A DNA stretch of 64,000 bases from Octopus bimaculoides (lineage: Eukaryota), in the NCBI RefSeq assembly GCF_001194135.2, contig NC_068992.1, positions 30,688,056-30,752,055 of the forward strand, given 5' to 3'. Within the stretch, counting starts at the first letter, position 1. Every line of letters starts with the position of its first letter. Shown piece by piece: positions 36,741 to 50,995 of this stretch. The notes beneath the pieces were generated by a model that was not told the DNA's origin, did not search any database, and saw nothing but the letters and a program-made list of their open reading frames with translations. A program made the translations under genes and the position numbers.

Positions 36741-37884
36741 TATGCTAAAGACTTTTGGAATCTGTCCATGATTTTCGATCCGAATGTGCTCCTTAGGAGA
36801 CCACTGAGACTGTTCTCGTAGATGCTCAGAGTGAATCTAAGGCCATTCTCGCTCATATCCTCACTAGCACCCTAAAGAAATCTTATGTTACTTTAGCGTT
36901 GAGAGTTTTATCCCGCTATATTAATTTTGAGGGTTGGATTTATCCAATGACATCCAGACTAGTGCTCGAACCTAAATTTAAAGACCTCAAAATGATGACT
37001 ATGATGAGGATGATAATGAAGAGGATGTTGATGATGATGGTGATGATGATGATAGATTCTATACTCTTGCTACGGGAATACTTTCAAAGATACAATGAAT
37101 TCTATTCACGTGTGAATCGAATCATTTGAGCAGTAAGAAACGAAAACGAATTATTTTTATTTACATAAAAGATTGAAATGTATAATGATGAAATTAACTG
37201 TCACAAAAGAATGCAAACTGGAAAAGCATTTGCATCAACCGAGTAAAAAGAGCTGGCCCGTATTTCGAATATTTTTCTTTACATTTCCAAAGTTATTTTC
37301 TTACTGTCGGCTCAGATTAATGTAACTCTCAAGAAATGTGTTGACATTGAAGATGCATCGGGTCTTGTGCTTCTGTATCTCTTCAGAGAGTTTAATGATC
37401 GTGTTTATGCGACCAATTAGATCTGCTATGTTTAATTTTTCATCATCCTTTCTTGTTTGAAGTTTTTCTTCGTTTTAAAATGTTGTTTCTTTTTAACATT
37501 TTCAACAAAATTTTCTTGGAATGTCTTATAGCCCTCTCCATTGTTACCGTTTCTTTCAATCATCTCTTACCGCAGCTGCAGACAGGGACATCACATTCCT
37601 AGTAAACGGAAGTTTACAAAATAAAATATATAAAAATATCCAGAAGCAATACTGTATTACTTTTTGTATTCCAAAATAAACGGCGAGGACGCAATATTAT
37701 CAAAGCAGTAGAAAAAAATACATAAACAAAAATTGCATGAAATAAAACGTGATGATATCGCAATTTCTCCTGCATTTGCGTTATTGATATCTGCTCAAGG
37801 CAAGCAACAACAAATATAACATCAACAACATATGTGAAAACCTGCCACGAGAAAATTAATAGCAACAGGAGGAACAACAGAAGG

Positions 37885-37885
37885 T

Positions 37886-37949
<64 letters not shown>

Positions 37950-37981
37950 GAAGAAGAAGAAGAAGAAGGAGAAGAAGAAGA
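37885..37981. repeat. (AAT)n-(AAG)n compound array
   Basis: Direct reading. Confidence 0.96.
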
Positions 37982-39329
37982 ATAGCAACAGCAAATGTAA
38001 TACTAGTAATGATTTCTTTATTAATTATGTACAAAGGCTGGAGGTGATATAAAAACAAACACAATTAACTTCGAAAGGGTTTTACAAAGACTGACTACTA
38101 ATACAAAGACGAGCAGGCTACGAAACCCGTTGTGCTCTATATAATTCTTAGATTTAAAGAATGCGAAAGATAAATTTGCAAAAATGAATTAAAATATATG
38201 GTACACGATGACTGAAAATAGTAATTTCGACAAAGTTTATACAACCACATCCGTTGTTTGGGCTAACTCACATTACTGATAACACAAGTGGCGTGCCTCA
38301 TCGAGATATAATTAATGGTAGAAATTCTTATATATTACGTGTGTTGCTGTTGCGCATTGAATGCAAATGAAAGGACACGTTTCCTGGATTGAGATTTTTG
38401 ACTGATATTTTGTTATTTTTCTCCTGTTTAAAATATGATCCATTCAATTCCCAATATTTCATTTAGATATTTATGATGCATATAGTATAAGAAATTTCCT
38501 ATACATTTTCATTGTAACCATTATCTGTGAATTGAGTTGCTTGCAGGTCAGGGAATGGTTCTATCCAACACAAAGGTCAATTGATCTTTTTAACGAGATA
38601 TGGGTTCTTCCTCAGAAATTTATGATGAGAAAGTCTGTTTTCCTCCACCGATCTATGTTTTGTTCTCATTCTTTTAATAGGTCGGGTGTGTGTGCTATGA
38701 GGTGATGCTTTTTAGTCATTTAGTGGGAGTTATCGTAGTTTCTATTATTTGATTCCTTCAATTCATCGGTGGAGAATGGGCGTTTAGGCCTTATGATTGT
38801 TCCTCATAATGAAGATTACCGAATTTAAATTGCTGCCACCTGAGTTATTTCTGTGGTTACCAAATGATCGAAAAACTATATTTTCAGTTGACGTTCTTTT
38901 TTATTATTTATGTTTTCTCAGTAGAAAGCTTTTAAATTGGTCTAGCTACCGAAATGATAATCACTTAGTCGTCTACAATAGACATTGAGTATTATGATCT
39001 GGTACTGTTCTGGTATTGTTCTGGTATTGTTTGCTATTCTGGTATTGTTTTTGTTCTTATAGAATCTTAAATACCTATACATTCACAGAAATATACCCGA
39101 CCCTATGCAGAAAGATTATACATCATCACTTAATACTTACATCTATTTTACTAAGAAGGCGAACATTTGCAAACAATCGGCATTGACTTCAATATCTCTG
39201 GAAAGCCGCTTGTGTTCTTTCTACAGAAATATTGCTGAGCTGGTTTATAATCAGCTTGTGCTTATTTTCCGCCATCTGTTTAGAATATGGTAGATATATT
39301 GTTATAACTTCTTCCTCTCACAATGTATG

Positions 39330-39600
39330 ATAATTTACTTGAAATATGCTGCAGGGCTGTCTCTATTTTGTGTTCCAATAGGAGAAACCTGTTATGTTCT
39401 CGGCAAGACGAATATGAATTACTTTCTTCAATAGTCCCAGTAATAAATTTGGATATAGGGTTTCAATCCAGTGTACAAACTATTACCAGACTCTGGAATT
39501 TTTTCAATATTCTGTATATTGCTATGATCTTTATGAAAAGAGAACAGCATCGAGCATCATTTCGATATTCCTGTTCTTCTCTACTGGATACATGTGTGCA
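39330..39600 (-). mobile_element. Possible very decayed CR1/L2/Jockey-type LINE fragment
   Basis: Minus frame ..CSMLFSFHKDHSNIQNIEKI....YYWDY*RK.. loosely resembles EYCSxVWSPxxKxDIxxIEKIQR...YWERL. Weak. Confidence 0.3.
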
Positions 39601-39672
39601 CAATGGTGTTATTTTTTCTGTCGATTTCTACACGATATATTTAAAATGTGCACATTTTTCTTCTTATCTATA

Positions 39673-39719
<47 letters not shown>

Positions 39720-39720
<1 letters not shown>

Positions 39721-39865
39721 GTTTTCAAATTCCGCCGAGGTCGAACTGGCCTTTTGTCCTATCGGGGTCGATTAACCAGTTACGCATCGGTGTCGATGTA
39801 AACGAACTTAATCCCTTTCCCCAAAATTTCAGGCCTTGTGCCTACAGTAGAAAGGATTATTATTG
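39720..39865 (+). mobile_element. SINE family 1, 5'-truncated, directly after (TTA)n 39675-39719
   Basis: TTCAAATTCCGCCGAGGTCGA...CCCCAAAATTTCAGGCCTTGTGCCTACAGTAGAAAGGATTATT. Confidence 0.85.
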
Positions 39866-40184
39866 TTGATGTTGTTGGTATTTAACTACACGTAAATTGC
39901 CATTTGAGTTTCCTTGGTTTCCTGTACATTTAAATTATTCTGTATCTTCAGTTTTTTTTTCTTCTTGAGGTCAGACATCAAATGTCTATGCCCATTTACC
40001 TATTCCCCAGTTGATGACATGAGAGAAAACAGATTCTTATATGTTTCTATCGAAAGACGCCGAATTGAATGAAGTCATACAGACGCTTGAAGTTTATGTT
40101 AATAACTACTAAACTATTTAATCAAGTAAATTCGTTTTCGAAGCAGACACGTGCATCATTAACTGGGACTAATGCAGTTGTTGC

Positions 40185-40239
<55 letters not shown>
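40185..40239. repeat. (AAT)n array at the 5' junction of R4 element D
   Basis: Direct reading. Confidence 0.97.
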
Positions 40240-40240
<1 letters not shown>

Positions 40241-42623
40241 TTTCCCCAGAAACTGCTCTAGAAGGGAGCGGATAATGAGGAAACAATGCGTTGCATAAAA
40301 GTGATGCAATATGGATAAGAAATATTAATATAGAATTACAAGGAAGAAAGCAAGAAAATAATATTGTCATGAGCACGTTGACATGAAAGAACGAGTGGGT
40401 AAAGTGCCAAACTGGAAAACCTCCGGAAACGAAGGGATTCCTGGCTTTTGGCAGAAGAGATGCCATGGGTGCATGAAAGACTAGCAGCCCAATTGAATGA
40501 GTGTGTCCAGAAAGGTACAGTCACCGCGTGGATGGTGACTGGGAGGAGAACATTTATAATGAAAGATAGAAGAAATGGGAATATTGCGGGACACTACCGT
40601 CCTATAGCATGCCTAAATATAATCCGGAATTCACTCACTGGAATATGTGCGGCAAAGACATACTTTCTTGGCACAGAGAGAAATACTACCAAGGGGAAAA
40701 AAAGACATAGGAAGAGTTCTCACGATACCAAGGATCAGCTAGTCATCGATAAAAGAGTTTTGAAGCATTTAAAAAAAAATATCATACAAACATGTCTATG
40801 GCTTGGATTGACTTTATAAAGGCATATGATATGATGCCTCATTGCTAGATCGATGAATGCCTGCAGATGGTTAGTGCTGTGACAATACCACAAATGTTCT
40901 GATGCATAGCATGAAAGAGTGGAAAATCATATTGTACTACTGTACGGTATTCCTTGGAGAAGTTAATATTAGAAAGGACATCTTCCAACGTGACTCGTTC
41001 TCTCCGTTAATATTTGTAAGTGCACTAATACCCATAAAAATGACACTTAGCAAAGTTAAGATGGGTTAGCGATGTGGGACGAATGGTCTATCATTGAACC
41101 ATCTTCTGTTTATGGATGACTTGTAATTGTTTGGGAAATCTGAAACAGCAGATAGATCCCTTAACCAAAACAATCCAGAAGTAAGGTAGAGTCATCGACA
41201 TGGAATTTGGGATTACCAAATGCTCAGTACTTAATATGAAAAGATGGAAGAAAACAGCCTGTAAAAGGATTGCGATTACCATCAGGAGAGATCATGGGTG
41301 AGCCGTCGGTAGTAGGTACAGATATTTAGGGATGTTGGAGATGGATGACATTCTGCACACAGAAATGGAAGTCAAGGTCAGCGAGGTGTATCAAAAAAGG
41401 GTGAATGTGTTATTGAAATCCAACCTGAATGCAAAAAAATTCGATTTACGCAATAAATATTTGGACAGTTGCGGTGGTCAGATATAGTGCGTCTATCCTC
41501 AAATGGACTAAGGAGGAAATATTCTCTCTGGAGAGAAGGACGAGAAAGCTGATGACGCTGCATGGGGCGGTACACCATAGAGCAAATGTAAACAGACTGT
41601 ATATGAAAACAAAGAAAAAAAGTGGCAGAGGATAAATTAGCATAGACCATTGTACAAGGAGTGAAGGGAGAACGCGTGCCCAGTAGTTAATAATTAGCGA
41701 TGAAAACCTGCTGAAATATGCCGCGAAATGTATGGGTATAAATGCAGAGTAAATGATGGGCAAGGAAAAGTTTAACCAAAGAGCTGAGGAGAAGAGGGAA
41801 GTCCTTCTTGAAATGAGAATGCATGGACATTTTGAAAGGAATACGTAAGATGTTAAGACAGCATCGTAGACATGGTTTGAGCGAGGTGATTTGAAGCGTA
41901 CCACCGAAAGCCTGATCATTGCTGCACACGACCAGGCTATTGCTACCAATTCAGTGAAGTATAACATCGATGAAACTTCTGTCACCCAGAATTGCAGATT
42001 ATTTGGAAAAAGTGTGCAAAATGTGAACCATTTGGTAAGTGGATGTGAGAGCCTTGTACAAAAAAAGAAAAATACAAGCACCACCACGATAACATGTGTG
42101 TGTGTGTGTGTCTTCATTAGCTTATACTATAAATTCCAATATGAAGTAACAGAGAACTGGTATGAGCATGTACCAAATAAAGTTATGCAGGTTGTTGGGA
42201 AACTAACGATACTCTGGGACTGATTCTTAGATGGATCGTGTAATCGAACACCATCGGCCAGATATTGTCATATTGAATAAGAAAGACAAATATTATCAGA
42301 TCATTGATGCAGCCATGCCAAATGACATGAATGTTGTGAATAAAGAGGTTGAAAATATAACCAAATACTCCAAATTTAAAGTGGAAATGGTATGACTGTA
42401 TAGAATGCGAGAGGGTAATGTAAAAGTGATACCAGTGGTGATCAGAACGTTAGGTTTAATCCCATTTCAACTTCAACACTTGTTAAGGCAACTGGATATC
42501 CCATGCAAGATTGATGTCTTGGTAAAAACAGTCTTATTGGGCACAGCGCACGTCTTAGTTCCTTGTTGTGACTTAACGGAGGATTAAAAACTGTTGCATT
42601 TTTATGTACATGTGTTACGAAGA
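40240..42623 (+). mobile_element. 5'-truncated R4/Dong-clade retrotransposon, family D (RT-CCHC-REL), inactivated
   Basis: ..WMVTGRRTFIMKD..GHYRPIACLN.., ..KDQLVIDK.., ..MAWIDFIKAYD.., ..IFQRDSFSPLIF.., ..HLLFMDDL*LFGK.., ..AINIWTVAVVRYSA.., ..ESLIIAAHDQAIATN..CRLFGKSVQNVNHLVSGC.., ..HHRPDIVILNK.., ..VIPVVI..LLGTAHVL. AAT arrays on both sides. Confidence 0.92.
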
Positions 42624-42741
42624 AATAATAATAATAACAACAACAACAATAATAATAATAATAACAACAACAACAACAACAACAACAAGGACGACAGCAA
42701 CAACAACAACAACAACAATAATAATAATAATAATAATAATG

Positions 42742-42800
<59 letters not shown>

Positions 42801-42877
42801 AAGAAGAAGAAGAAGAAGAAGAAGAAGAAGAAGAAGAAGAAGAAGAAGAAGAAGAAGAAGAAGAAGAAGAAGAAGAA
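42624..42877. repeat. (AAT/AAC)n-(AAG)n tail array
   Basis: Direct reading. Confidence 0.97.
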
Positions 42878-44101
42878 ATTAATGAATAATAATTTCAGTA
42901 TAACGTGTGTAAAGAAATCCTGAAAAAACGGTGTAAGCATAAAACGAAGTTTCTGTAAGTTACACACTGCACAATATGTATCCCTGCTAAGCAGGCTGAC
43001 TCCAAACGTAAGACTCTATCAATTAAATAGCACAGCTTAAAAAGTATTATCTCTCTCTCCAAAAATATGTCCTTTACAATAATCGACGTGATCAGAAGTT
43101 ACACATCACAGATCTTGTGCAACCAAACTAGCTATGCCAAAATGCATTCATTCACCACCTAACAAAATAAAGAAACAAATAAAATAACTCCCGTTGTATA
43201 CTGTTGGATACTGTTAATATAATGGAGCCCACAACGCACATACATTAACGCATACATTAATATACAGCCAAAATTCTCGATACTCTGTAGGCAGTGTTCT
43301 ATGCCTATGAAGCTCACAGAAATGCACTTACTGATTACTTTTAAATTCGAAGACTGAAGTTGCTTTTTTCTTTAAGGCAATGAGTGTGATTTTGCTCTTG
43401 CTCACACATATATACACATACACTGCAAATCGTACCAATAGATACGTTGTAAAATGCACGTAAGTATTATACAAGTAGGAAAATACGAATAACATAATAC
43501 CGATTACAGAGAAGCGTTAATGATCCACTGAATTAAACTAATAAGCTTATACAGGGTGACATTCTTGATAATATTAAAGCGTTTACAATTCCAGTGACCT
43601 TCTGTTCCTATTGCCTCGAACAAAATGTGTACACAGAATTTGCCAATGAACGTATCCGACCTTTGGGAAATTGATACAAATCACGCCCTAGAAATTGCTT
43701 GTTAATTTTCCATCAAAGACAATCTCTGTGACTTTCAAGAAACATATATTCTCTAAAAGAGCTGGCTATTGAGAACTATCCCCTCATCACTTATGTATAT
43801 ATCTTCTTTATCGTTTACATTCATCATAAAAGGAATCATGCTATGATTATTTCCCTTTAATGTATGATGTTCTACTTGCTCTATTTAGCGGAAGCTAATC
43901 CAAATCCCTAGCTGCACGCAATGTGTACCTAATTACTTTACGCTATTTTTCTTAGTACTTTCTCTGATAGCCTCCTGTCATTAATCTTGTTCCATCATGT
44001 CCCGAAGTAGAGGACCAGACTGGATCAGTCCGGTAGGAAAAGATCACACGATTTCTCGATGCTTAATAGATGTTAATACAACTAAAGCAACATCGATTGC
44101 T

Positions 44102-44112
44102 GCTGTTGTTGT

Positions 44113-44188
<76 letters not shown>

Positions 44189-44217
44189 ACTACTACTACT
44201 ACTACTACTACTACTAT

Positions 44218-44251
<34 letters not shown>

Positions 44252-44252
44252 G
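44102..44252. repeat. (CTA)n with (CTG)n interruption
   Basis: Direct reading. Confidence 0.96.
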
Positions 44253-45715
44253 TTTGGAGCAAATAACAAAACAAACTTTTGTATTATTTTAACAATAATT
44301 ATTGCAGAAAATCGAACTTAATAAGCTGAATAATCAAAGAATGTGACTGGTTCATATGACCAAATTGAAGAATGGAGAAAATTGTGCTAAGCGACGAATG
44401 TTCAACATTGCAGAACTCAGTCAGACGTCAACGTCAATTGCTAATCATCGCATCAGCACTATCAGTTCAGTTACTTGATATCTAAATAGTATCTAAGGTT
44501 AATTTAATTACGCTGGTAATTGACTACACATTTCCACCGGACATTTATATTCTACCGTCAAATTAATCAAATGATATATATATTTTTCAATCTTTTTCTT
44601 ACTTTCTATTTCATACGGAAGGCCCTAACAACTACAAACAAGTTGAAATGTGAGACTTATCGCGTACATCCGTATTCTTTGCTGTCATTTTATCAAATAT
44701 CTTGTGTAAACTTAACATTTTTAGACATCTTAATATGTTTAGACATAAAGGAAAATAACCGTATATGTTTAGATGAAAAATATATGATTCGTATATATAA
44801 AAAGAGGCATAGTCGTGTACCCAGAAGCTTGCTTTGTAACTACATGTTACCTGCATCGGTTCCTGTTCTTCCCTATAAATATGAAAATCGGTGAGTGACA
44901 TGTAAAACGGAAAACAGAAAATTCGCAGCCAGTCGGTATATGTGCTTGTTAGTGTATGTATGAGTATGTATCTGTTTGTGTGACTCCTTGTATATATGCC
45001 ATTTAATAGTTGTATTTGTGAGATTTAAGCGTCCTAAATATGTTCATTCATATGGTAATCACTAGCGTCAACAATATACCCGTGCCTCCATTACACTAAC
45101 CACCCGCTACTAGACAAACATCCTCAAAGAGTCTCTACAAAATTATCCTCACACACTCTCACTATAAAATATACTCTATGGTCCATTGAATGACGCCTAC
45201 CAAATGTCAAAGAACGTTTATGTATTCATTTTGCTCGCATTAATCTCTAACCCTGTTATATCTTGCACAACCCTACTTATAGCCAACATACTGTTTTTTT
45301 TTTTTTTGTAGAAACGATATTCATGTACGCAATATATCGGTTGTAAAAAAGATAATAACACACATTTTATCCCGTCGAAATAAATGAAGAGCTAAAACAC
45401 AAAGAAAAATACAACAATCGCATCCACAAAGCACCATCATCTTCATATTACATTGAACTTCTAAGTCAAATCTCCTTCCAAAAGTGCAGAATATAACTCT
45501 AATTTATACAGTATATTGTCTTCACACAGCCAGATATTAAATCACTAGTCCAGGCTAGCTATTGAATTTTCCGGTTCTTAAAATAACACTTTACTTTAGA
45601 AATGTAACATATGCTATATTATAGTAAATAGTGTCCTCACGCTTCATATGCTTTTCTTAAACTTAGCATTATGTAAAATGCACGTTAACTAACAACTGCA
45701 TAAGCAACGACACAA

Positions 45716-45749
45716 ACATACACACTCACAAACACACACACACATATCA

Positions 45750-45800
<51 letters not shown>

Positions 45801-45890
45801 TGTGTGTGTGTGTGTGTGTGTGCGTGTGTGTGTGTGTATATATGTATATATGAGTATATATATGTATATGCGTATGTCCATGTGTACGTA
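45716..45890. repeat. (CA)/(TA)/(TG) compound array
   Basis: Direct reading. Confidence 0.93.
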
Positions 45891-47115
45891 TATATTTTCA
45901 TATTTATAGGGAAGAACAGCTCTTCTTTATACAAGTTTATTGATAAAACGGTAATTTTGTGTAATTACCTTATTAAGATTTGTGTATTATACGAGATTTT
46001 TACAGTTAGTTTATAGAATAGAGGTTCGAAATCCATATGCTTGTCAACCTTTCTCCACAGACCAGAACAGCCTAATGTCTAAGTCTAACATCCAAGTGTG
46101 AAACTACTTTTCAAAATGTTAGAATACCTACACATTTGCCTCGCCGAAAAATGTCACTGTTACATCGGGCAATAAGAAGTTATATTCCAAAAAGGAAATT
46201 GTGAAAAAGGATATAAAGATCGTTTGTCTTGCAAAATCTTAACAAACAACTTAAAGTGATATATTTTATTAACATTACGGTGTATGCACACGCTTATTTT
46301 ACTTTAAATTTATCTAGTAAATGTTAGTCTTGCGACACAAAAGTTATGTCATCAAGTCCAAAAATATAAATCGATAAAATAATTATCTTGTTGCAATTAG
46401 TATATGCTCGACCACAACACTATATGACCGCTTTCGACGACTGAAATCAGAAATTTACAAAAAAAAAATAATAAACGCCCACTTTAACATGTGTATAGAG
46501 GTAGAGAAAGTGACAGAACTTGTATAGGTAAGTAAGTTTGTGTATAAGAACATGACCGTATGTATATGTTAAAGACATCATTATAAGAAATATCATTTAA
46601 ATCTTTCAAAGGCTGTATAATTATCCATCTGTGTGATTATATATGTGTATAATAATAAAATGGCCATGAATGCTGCACATTTTCTGCATTCGAGTGAATC
46701 ATCATATGACCAACAGCTACGTTACATAACGCAATTAACTGTTCTCATAACTTTTTCTAAAATTCTTGTTCTTCATTAGCCCTAGCACAGAACTGATTGA
46801 AAGAAACAACGATCTTACATCTGGTAATCATCACGCAGAGTCTATCTTTGTATTGATTAATATATATACTCGTACAACCTTTTCAAGACAATAATATGAT
46901 TTGCGAGAGAAAATGAGTGATGTTTGGAGCGAAATCGTCGCCAGGGTGTTAGGACGTATTTAAAATTCAACCATGGATAATGCATAGTTTCACCTGGTCC
47001 GAATCTCTGGACAGTGACATTCCTGCTGCCACGATCTTCAGTGATTGTTCCTAATAGCATCTAATCTTTCGACGAACACGTTAGTAAATATATCTTTCAA
47101 TATTTTAAGACAGAT

Positions 47116-47540
47116 AAGGCGGTGATCTGGCAGAAAGGCGAAATGCTTAGCGGTATTTTGTCTGGTGTTACGTTCTGATTTAAACTTCCACCGAGGTCGA
47201 CTTTAGCTTTCAATCTTTCGGGGTCGATAAATGAAGTACCAATTATGCACTGGGGTCGATGTAATTGATTTCATCTCCTTGTCTGTCCTTGTTTGTCCCC
47301 TCTATGTTTAGCCCCTTGTGGGCAATAAAGAAATAAGAAACGTTAGCACACCGGGTGAAATCCATAGCGGTGTTTCGTCTGTCTTTACGTTCTGTGTTCA
47401 AATTCCGCCGAGGTCGTGTTTGCTTTTCATCCTTTCTGAGTTGATAAATTAAGTACCAGTTGCGTACTGGAATCAATTTAATCGACTGGGCCCCACCCCC
47501 AAAATGTCGGTCCTTGTGCCTAGAGTAGATAAGAATATAT
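47116..47540 (+). mobile_element. Two tandem SINE family 1 copies (about 47116-47335 and 47336-47540) with different 3' tails
   Basis: Both have the GAGGTCG..TT..CTTT..TCCTTT..GATAAAT.AAGTACCA core. Tail 1 is ..TGTCCTTGTTTGTCCCCTCTATGTTTAGCCCCTTGTGGGCAATAAAGAAATAA; tail 2 is ..CCCCAAAATGTCGGTCCTTGTGCCTAGAGTAG. Confidence 0.85.
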
Positions 47541-47971
47541 TAAGAGAGATGTGTGTAATCTTAGAGATTGTTGGCAGCTATTCTCAGCAGCAAGAGCGAC
47601 TGTAAAGATGCCACAATGACAGGTGTCTAAAAAATTGTGGATGTTGTTGTTGGCGGTGATAGTGTTAGTGTTATTTTCGACGAAAAATATTTTTACCCTG
47701 AACTAGCATATATCAAGAAACCTTAAAATATCTTAGTGCATCTTTATCATTTCAAGACTCTAGTATTTAAAGCACTTGGGGAAACTATATCTAGCAGGTC
47801 ATCCCCTTCCAAAGAGCAGTGTTATTTGAGTGTTAATATAATATAAACAAAAATGATTTAATATGCAGAGAAGTAAAATTGTGCAAAAACGTCTATCCCA
47901 TCCAGTTCCGTTGCTTCAGCTGTTTGCTGTGTAATAGGACTAGGAATACATACAATATAATATTGTGTTTA

Positions 47972-48375
47972 NNNNNNNNNNNNNNNNNNNNNNNNNNNNN
48001 NNNNNNNNNNNNNNNNNNNNNNNNNNNNNNNNNNNNNNNNNNNNNNNNNNNNNNNNNNNNNNNNNNNNNNNNNNNNNNNNNNNNNNNNNNNNNNNNNNNN
48101 NNNNNNNNNNNNNNNNNNNNNNNNNNNNNNNNNNNNNNNNNNNNNNNNNNNNNNNNNNNNNNNNNNNNNNNNNNNNNNNNNNNNNNNNNNNNNNNNNNNN
48201 NNNNNNNNNNNNNNNNNNNNNNNNNNNNNNNNNNNNNNNNNNNNNNNNNNNNNNNNNNNNNNNNNNNNNNNNNNNNNNNNNNNNNNNNNNNNNNNNNNNN
48301 NNNNNNNNNNNNNNNNNNNNNNNNNNNNNNNNNNNNNNNNNNNNNNNNNNNNNNNNNNNNNNNNNNNNNNNNNNN
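47972..48375. other. Assembly gap
   Basis: N-run. Confidence 0.99.
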
Positions 48376-48412
<37 letters not shown>

Positions 48413-49142
48413 GTGTGTATATGTGTTTGTGTGAGTGTGTGTCCGTGTAAGTATATATAATAAGGGATAGCAGTTTCCATTTATATATATTTACAAATGG
48501 TTATAGGTCTATGCAAATGTGACACACTATGTTGCATTTTATCATTACTGTAAATATCAATACTAAACGTCGATAATTAATGAGAAAATGATAAAAAAAA
48601 AATTGTTTCAGATTTGAAGATACACTTTTGTGTATTTTTGTGGTATTTTCTGATTCGTCTCTCTCTATGAATCAATTTTCCAGACATTTGTTTTTCTAAC
48701 AGAGGAAATTACAAATGTGTGCATCAAAAATCAATATACCTATATATACATACATACATGCATACACATATATATATACACATATACATATATATACACA
48801 TAAGTAAATATATATATATATATATACATAAATAAATATGTGTATGTGTGTCTGTCGGTGCGTGCGTGTGTGTGTGTGGGTATGTGTGTGCGTGCATGTG
48901 TCTATGGGTAATCGTCTATGTATGGAAGCTTCTAAGCATATATATATATTCATATATATATATATATATATGTGTGTGTGTATGTGTGTGTGTGTGTGAG
49001 AGGGTATGTGTGTGTTTGAATGTGTACGTGTGCGTGTTTTGTATAAACGTATAGTAATGCATATCGCCACCTACGAAATTATAGGAGATACAAAGTCCAA
49101 CCACATACGCCACATACTTACGTATATGCATATATATAAACA

Positions 49143-49194
<52 letters not shown>

Positions 49195-49828
49195 TATATA
49201 CAAGCGTACATATATTCTACAAAGATGTATATAGATATACATATGTGTATATAATATATGTATTCTTATATATATATAAAGATATACACTTTCATATATA
49301 TGTGCATTCATATCATTATATCTATATATATATCAGTGTGTGTAAGTTTGTGTCTGTTAATACTTCATTTTCATAGATCTCTGCAAGTTCATGTATTCCT
49401 TAGGTTTAGTGTACGTACTTTTTTTTTTGCCACTCATTTAAAACCTCTGGTGGTTCCATTAACTCAGCATTTCTATCAGCTATTATTGAATTGCAATTCT
49501 TTGTATTTGTTTTTCAGCTTAGAAATTAGAGAAAAAAAGGAAAGAAAATAAATTATAAATAACTAAATATTAGACAGAACTATTTCAAATCGCAATATAG
49601 AAAAATTCCTCGTCTCTGTTTTCTTTTGTTAAAGGAAAAGTAACTTTAACATACTTTTATATTTCAGTTGGAAATATGTTTTTGGAATATGATCAAAATG
49701 ACTTATTTTCCATTTATCTTGACTATGATGAAAATATGCCATTTTGTATAATACCTACAAAATTAATATTTATTTCTGTACGTTCTCTATTTCATTTTCT
49801 TTCGCTGCATTTATACGTGGTGTGTGTG

Positions 49829-49866
<38 letters not shown>

Positions 49867-50261
49867 TGCATGTGTTTTGTATGTGTGTGCATGTGTGTGT
49901 GCATTTATACAGCAAAAGTATATAAAATTATGATATATACATGTGTGTGAGTTTCAACATAAGATTATTATGAATTAAAGAAGTTCAACCTGCGTCTAGA
50001 TGTTGAAATGATTATCACTGTGTCCGGCAAAGATCAGAGATGTATTAGTCTATAGCTTGAAAGTTGACAGACGCTGTTTCTTTATATGTACACACACACA
50101 TACACACACACACACACACATAGGGAGATGTACTTGCATAGCAAGTGACCTGATCTCAGATCATGTACTGAAACAAAAACGGTTGCAGCGTGGAAGGTGT
50201 TTACATGCTATTTAAAATCACAAAAACCGTTAGATTCACTCCAACATTTAAATTTAATAAA

Positions 50262-50418
50262 TATACGACGGCCTTCTTTCAGTTTCCGCCTACCAAATCC
50301 ACTGATAAGGCTTTGGTTGGCCCGAGGCTATAGTAGAAGACACTTGGCCAAGGTCATACACAGTAGGACTGAACCTGGAACCATGTGATTGGTAAGCAAA
50401 GCTTCTTACCACACAGCC
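50262..50418 (-). mobile_element. SINE family 2, 5' half
   Basis: Reverse complement: GGCTGTGTGGTAAGAAGC...CCTTGGCCAAGTGTCTTCTACTATAGCCTCGGGCCAACCAAAGCC...CGGAAACTGAAAGAAGGCCGTCG. Confidence 0.88.
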
Positions 50419-50544
50419 GTATGTATGTTTGTATGTATGTATGTCAATAGACACACACACACACATGGAGAGGCGTTGTGTATGTTCGTGTGTGTGTGTG
50501 TATGTGTGTGTGTTTAGTACATATAAGAAACCCAGTGGAACATA

Positions 50545-50563
50545 GAGAGGAAGAGAGAGAGAG

Positions 50564-50626
<63 letters not shown>
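50545..50626. repeat. (GA)n microsatellite
   Basis: Direct reading. Confidence 0.96.
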
Positions 50627-50627
<1 letters not shown>

Positions 50628-50769
50628 GGATGCTTGCTGAAAGCAGCGATATTCTTAATGTGATTAAATGTGTATGCATATTTAATAGGAAATGGAAAAT
50701 GCATTTATTGTATTTCATGATTTTTCCTGGATAATGTTGCAATGTTATTGGTATCACTCGAATTAAATG

Positions 50770-50995
50770 CGCTGGTAGTAGTTGTAATGGCAGCAGCAGT
50801 AGTTTTATAAGTAACAGTAGCAGCAGCAGCAGGATCAGCAGTAGTGGTAGTAATCGTAGTCGTAGTCGTAGTAGTCGTCGTAGTCTTCGTTGTCTTAGTA
50901 GTAGTAGTAGTAGTAGTAGTTGTAGCAGTGGCAGTTGTAGGAGGAAGAGGAGGTAGAAGAGAGGGGCGGGCAGTAATATCAGCAGCAGCAGCCGC
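50770..50995. repeat. Degenerate (AGT)/(AGC)/(CGT)/(AGG) trinucleotide region
   Basis: Direct reading. Confidence 0.85.

Noticed and set aside
43548-43558. TATACAGGGTG, Tc1-like TIR start
   Set aside because: Too short, with no inverted partner nearby.
46425-46450. Minus-strand CUGAUUU..GUC-GAAAGCGGUC, faintly hammerhead-like
   Set aside because: Core and stem II are mostly missing and there is no stem I.
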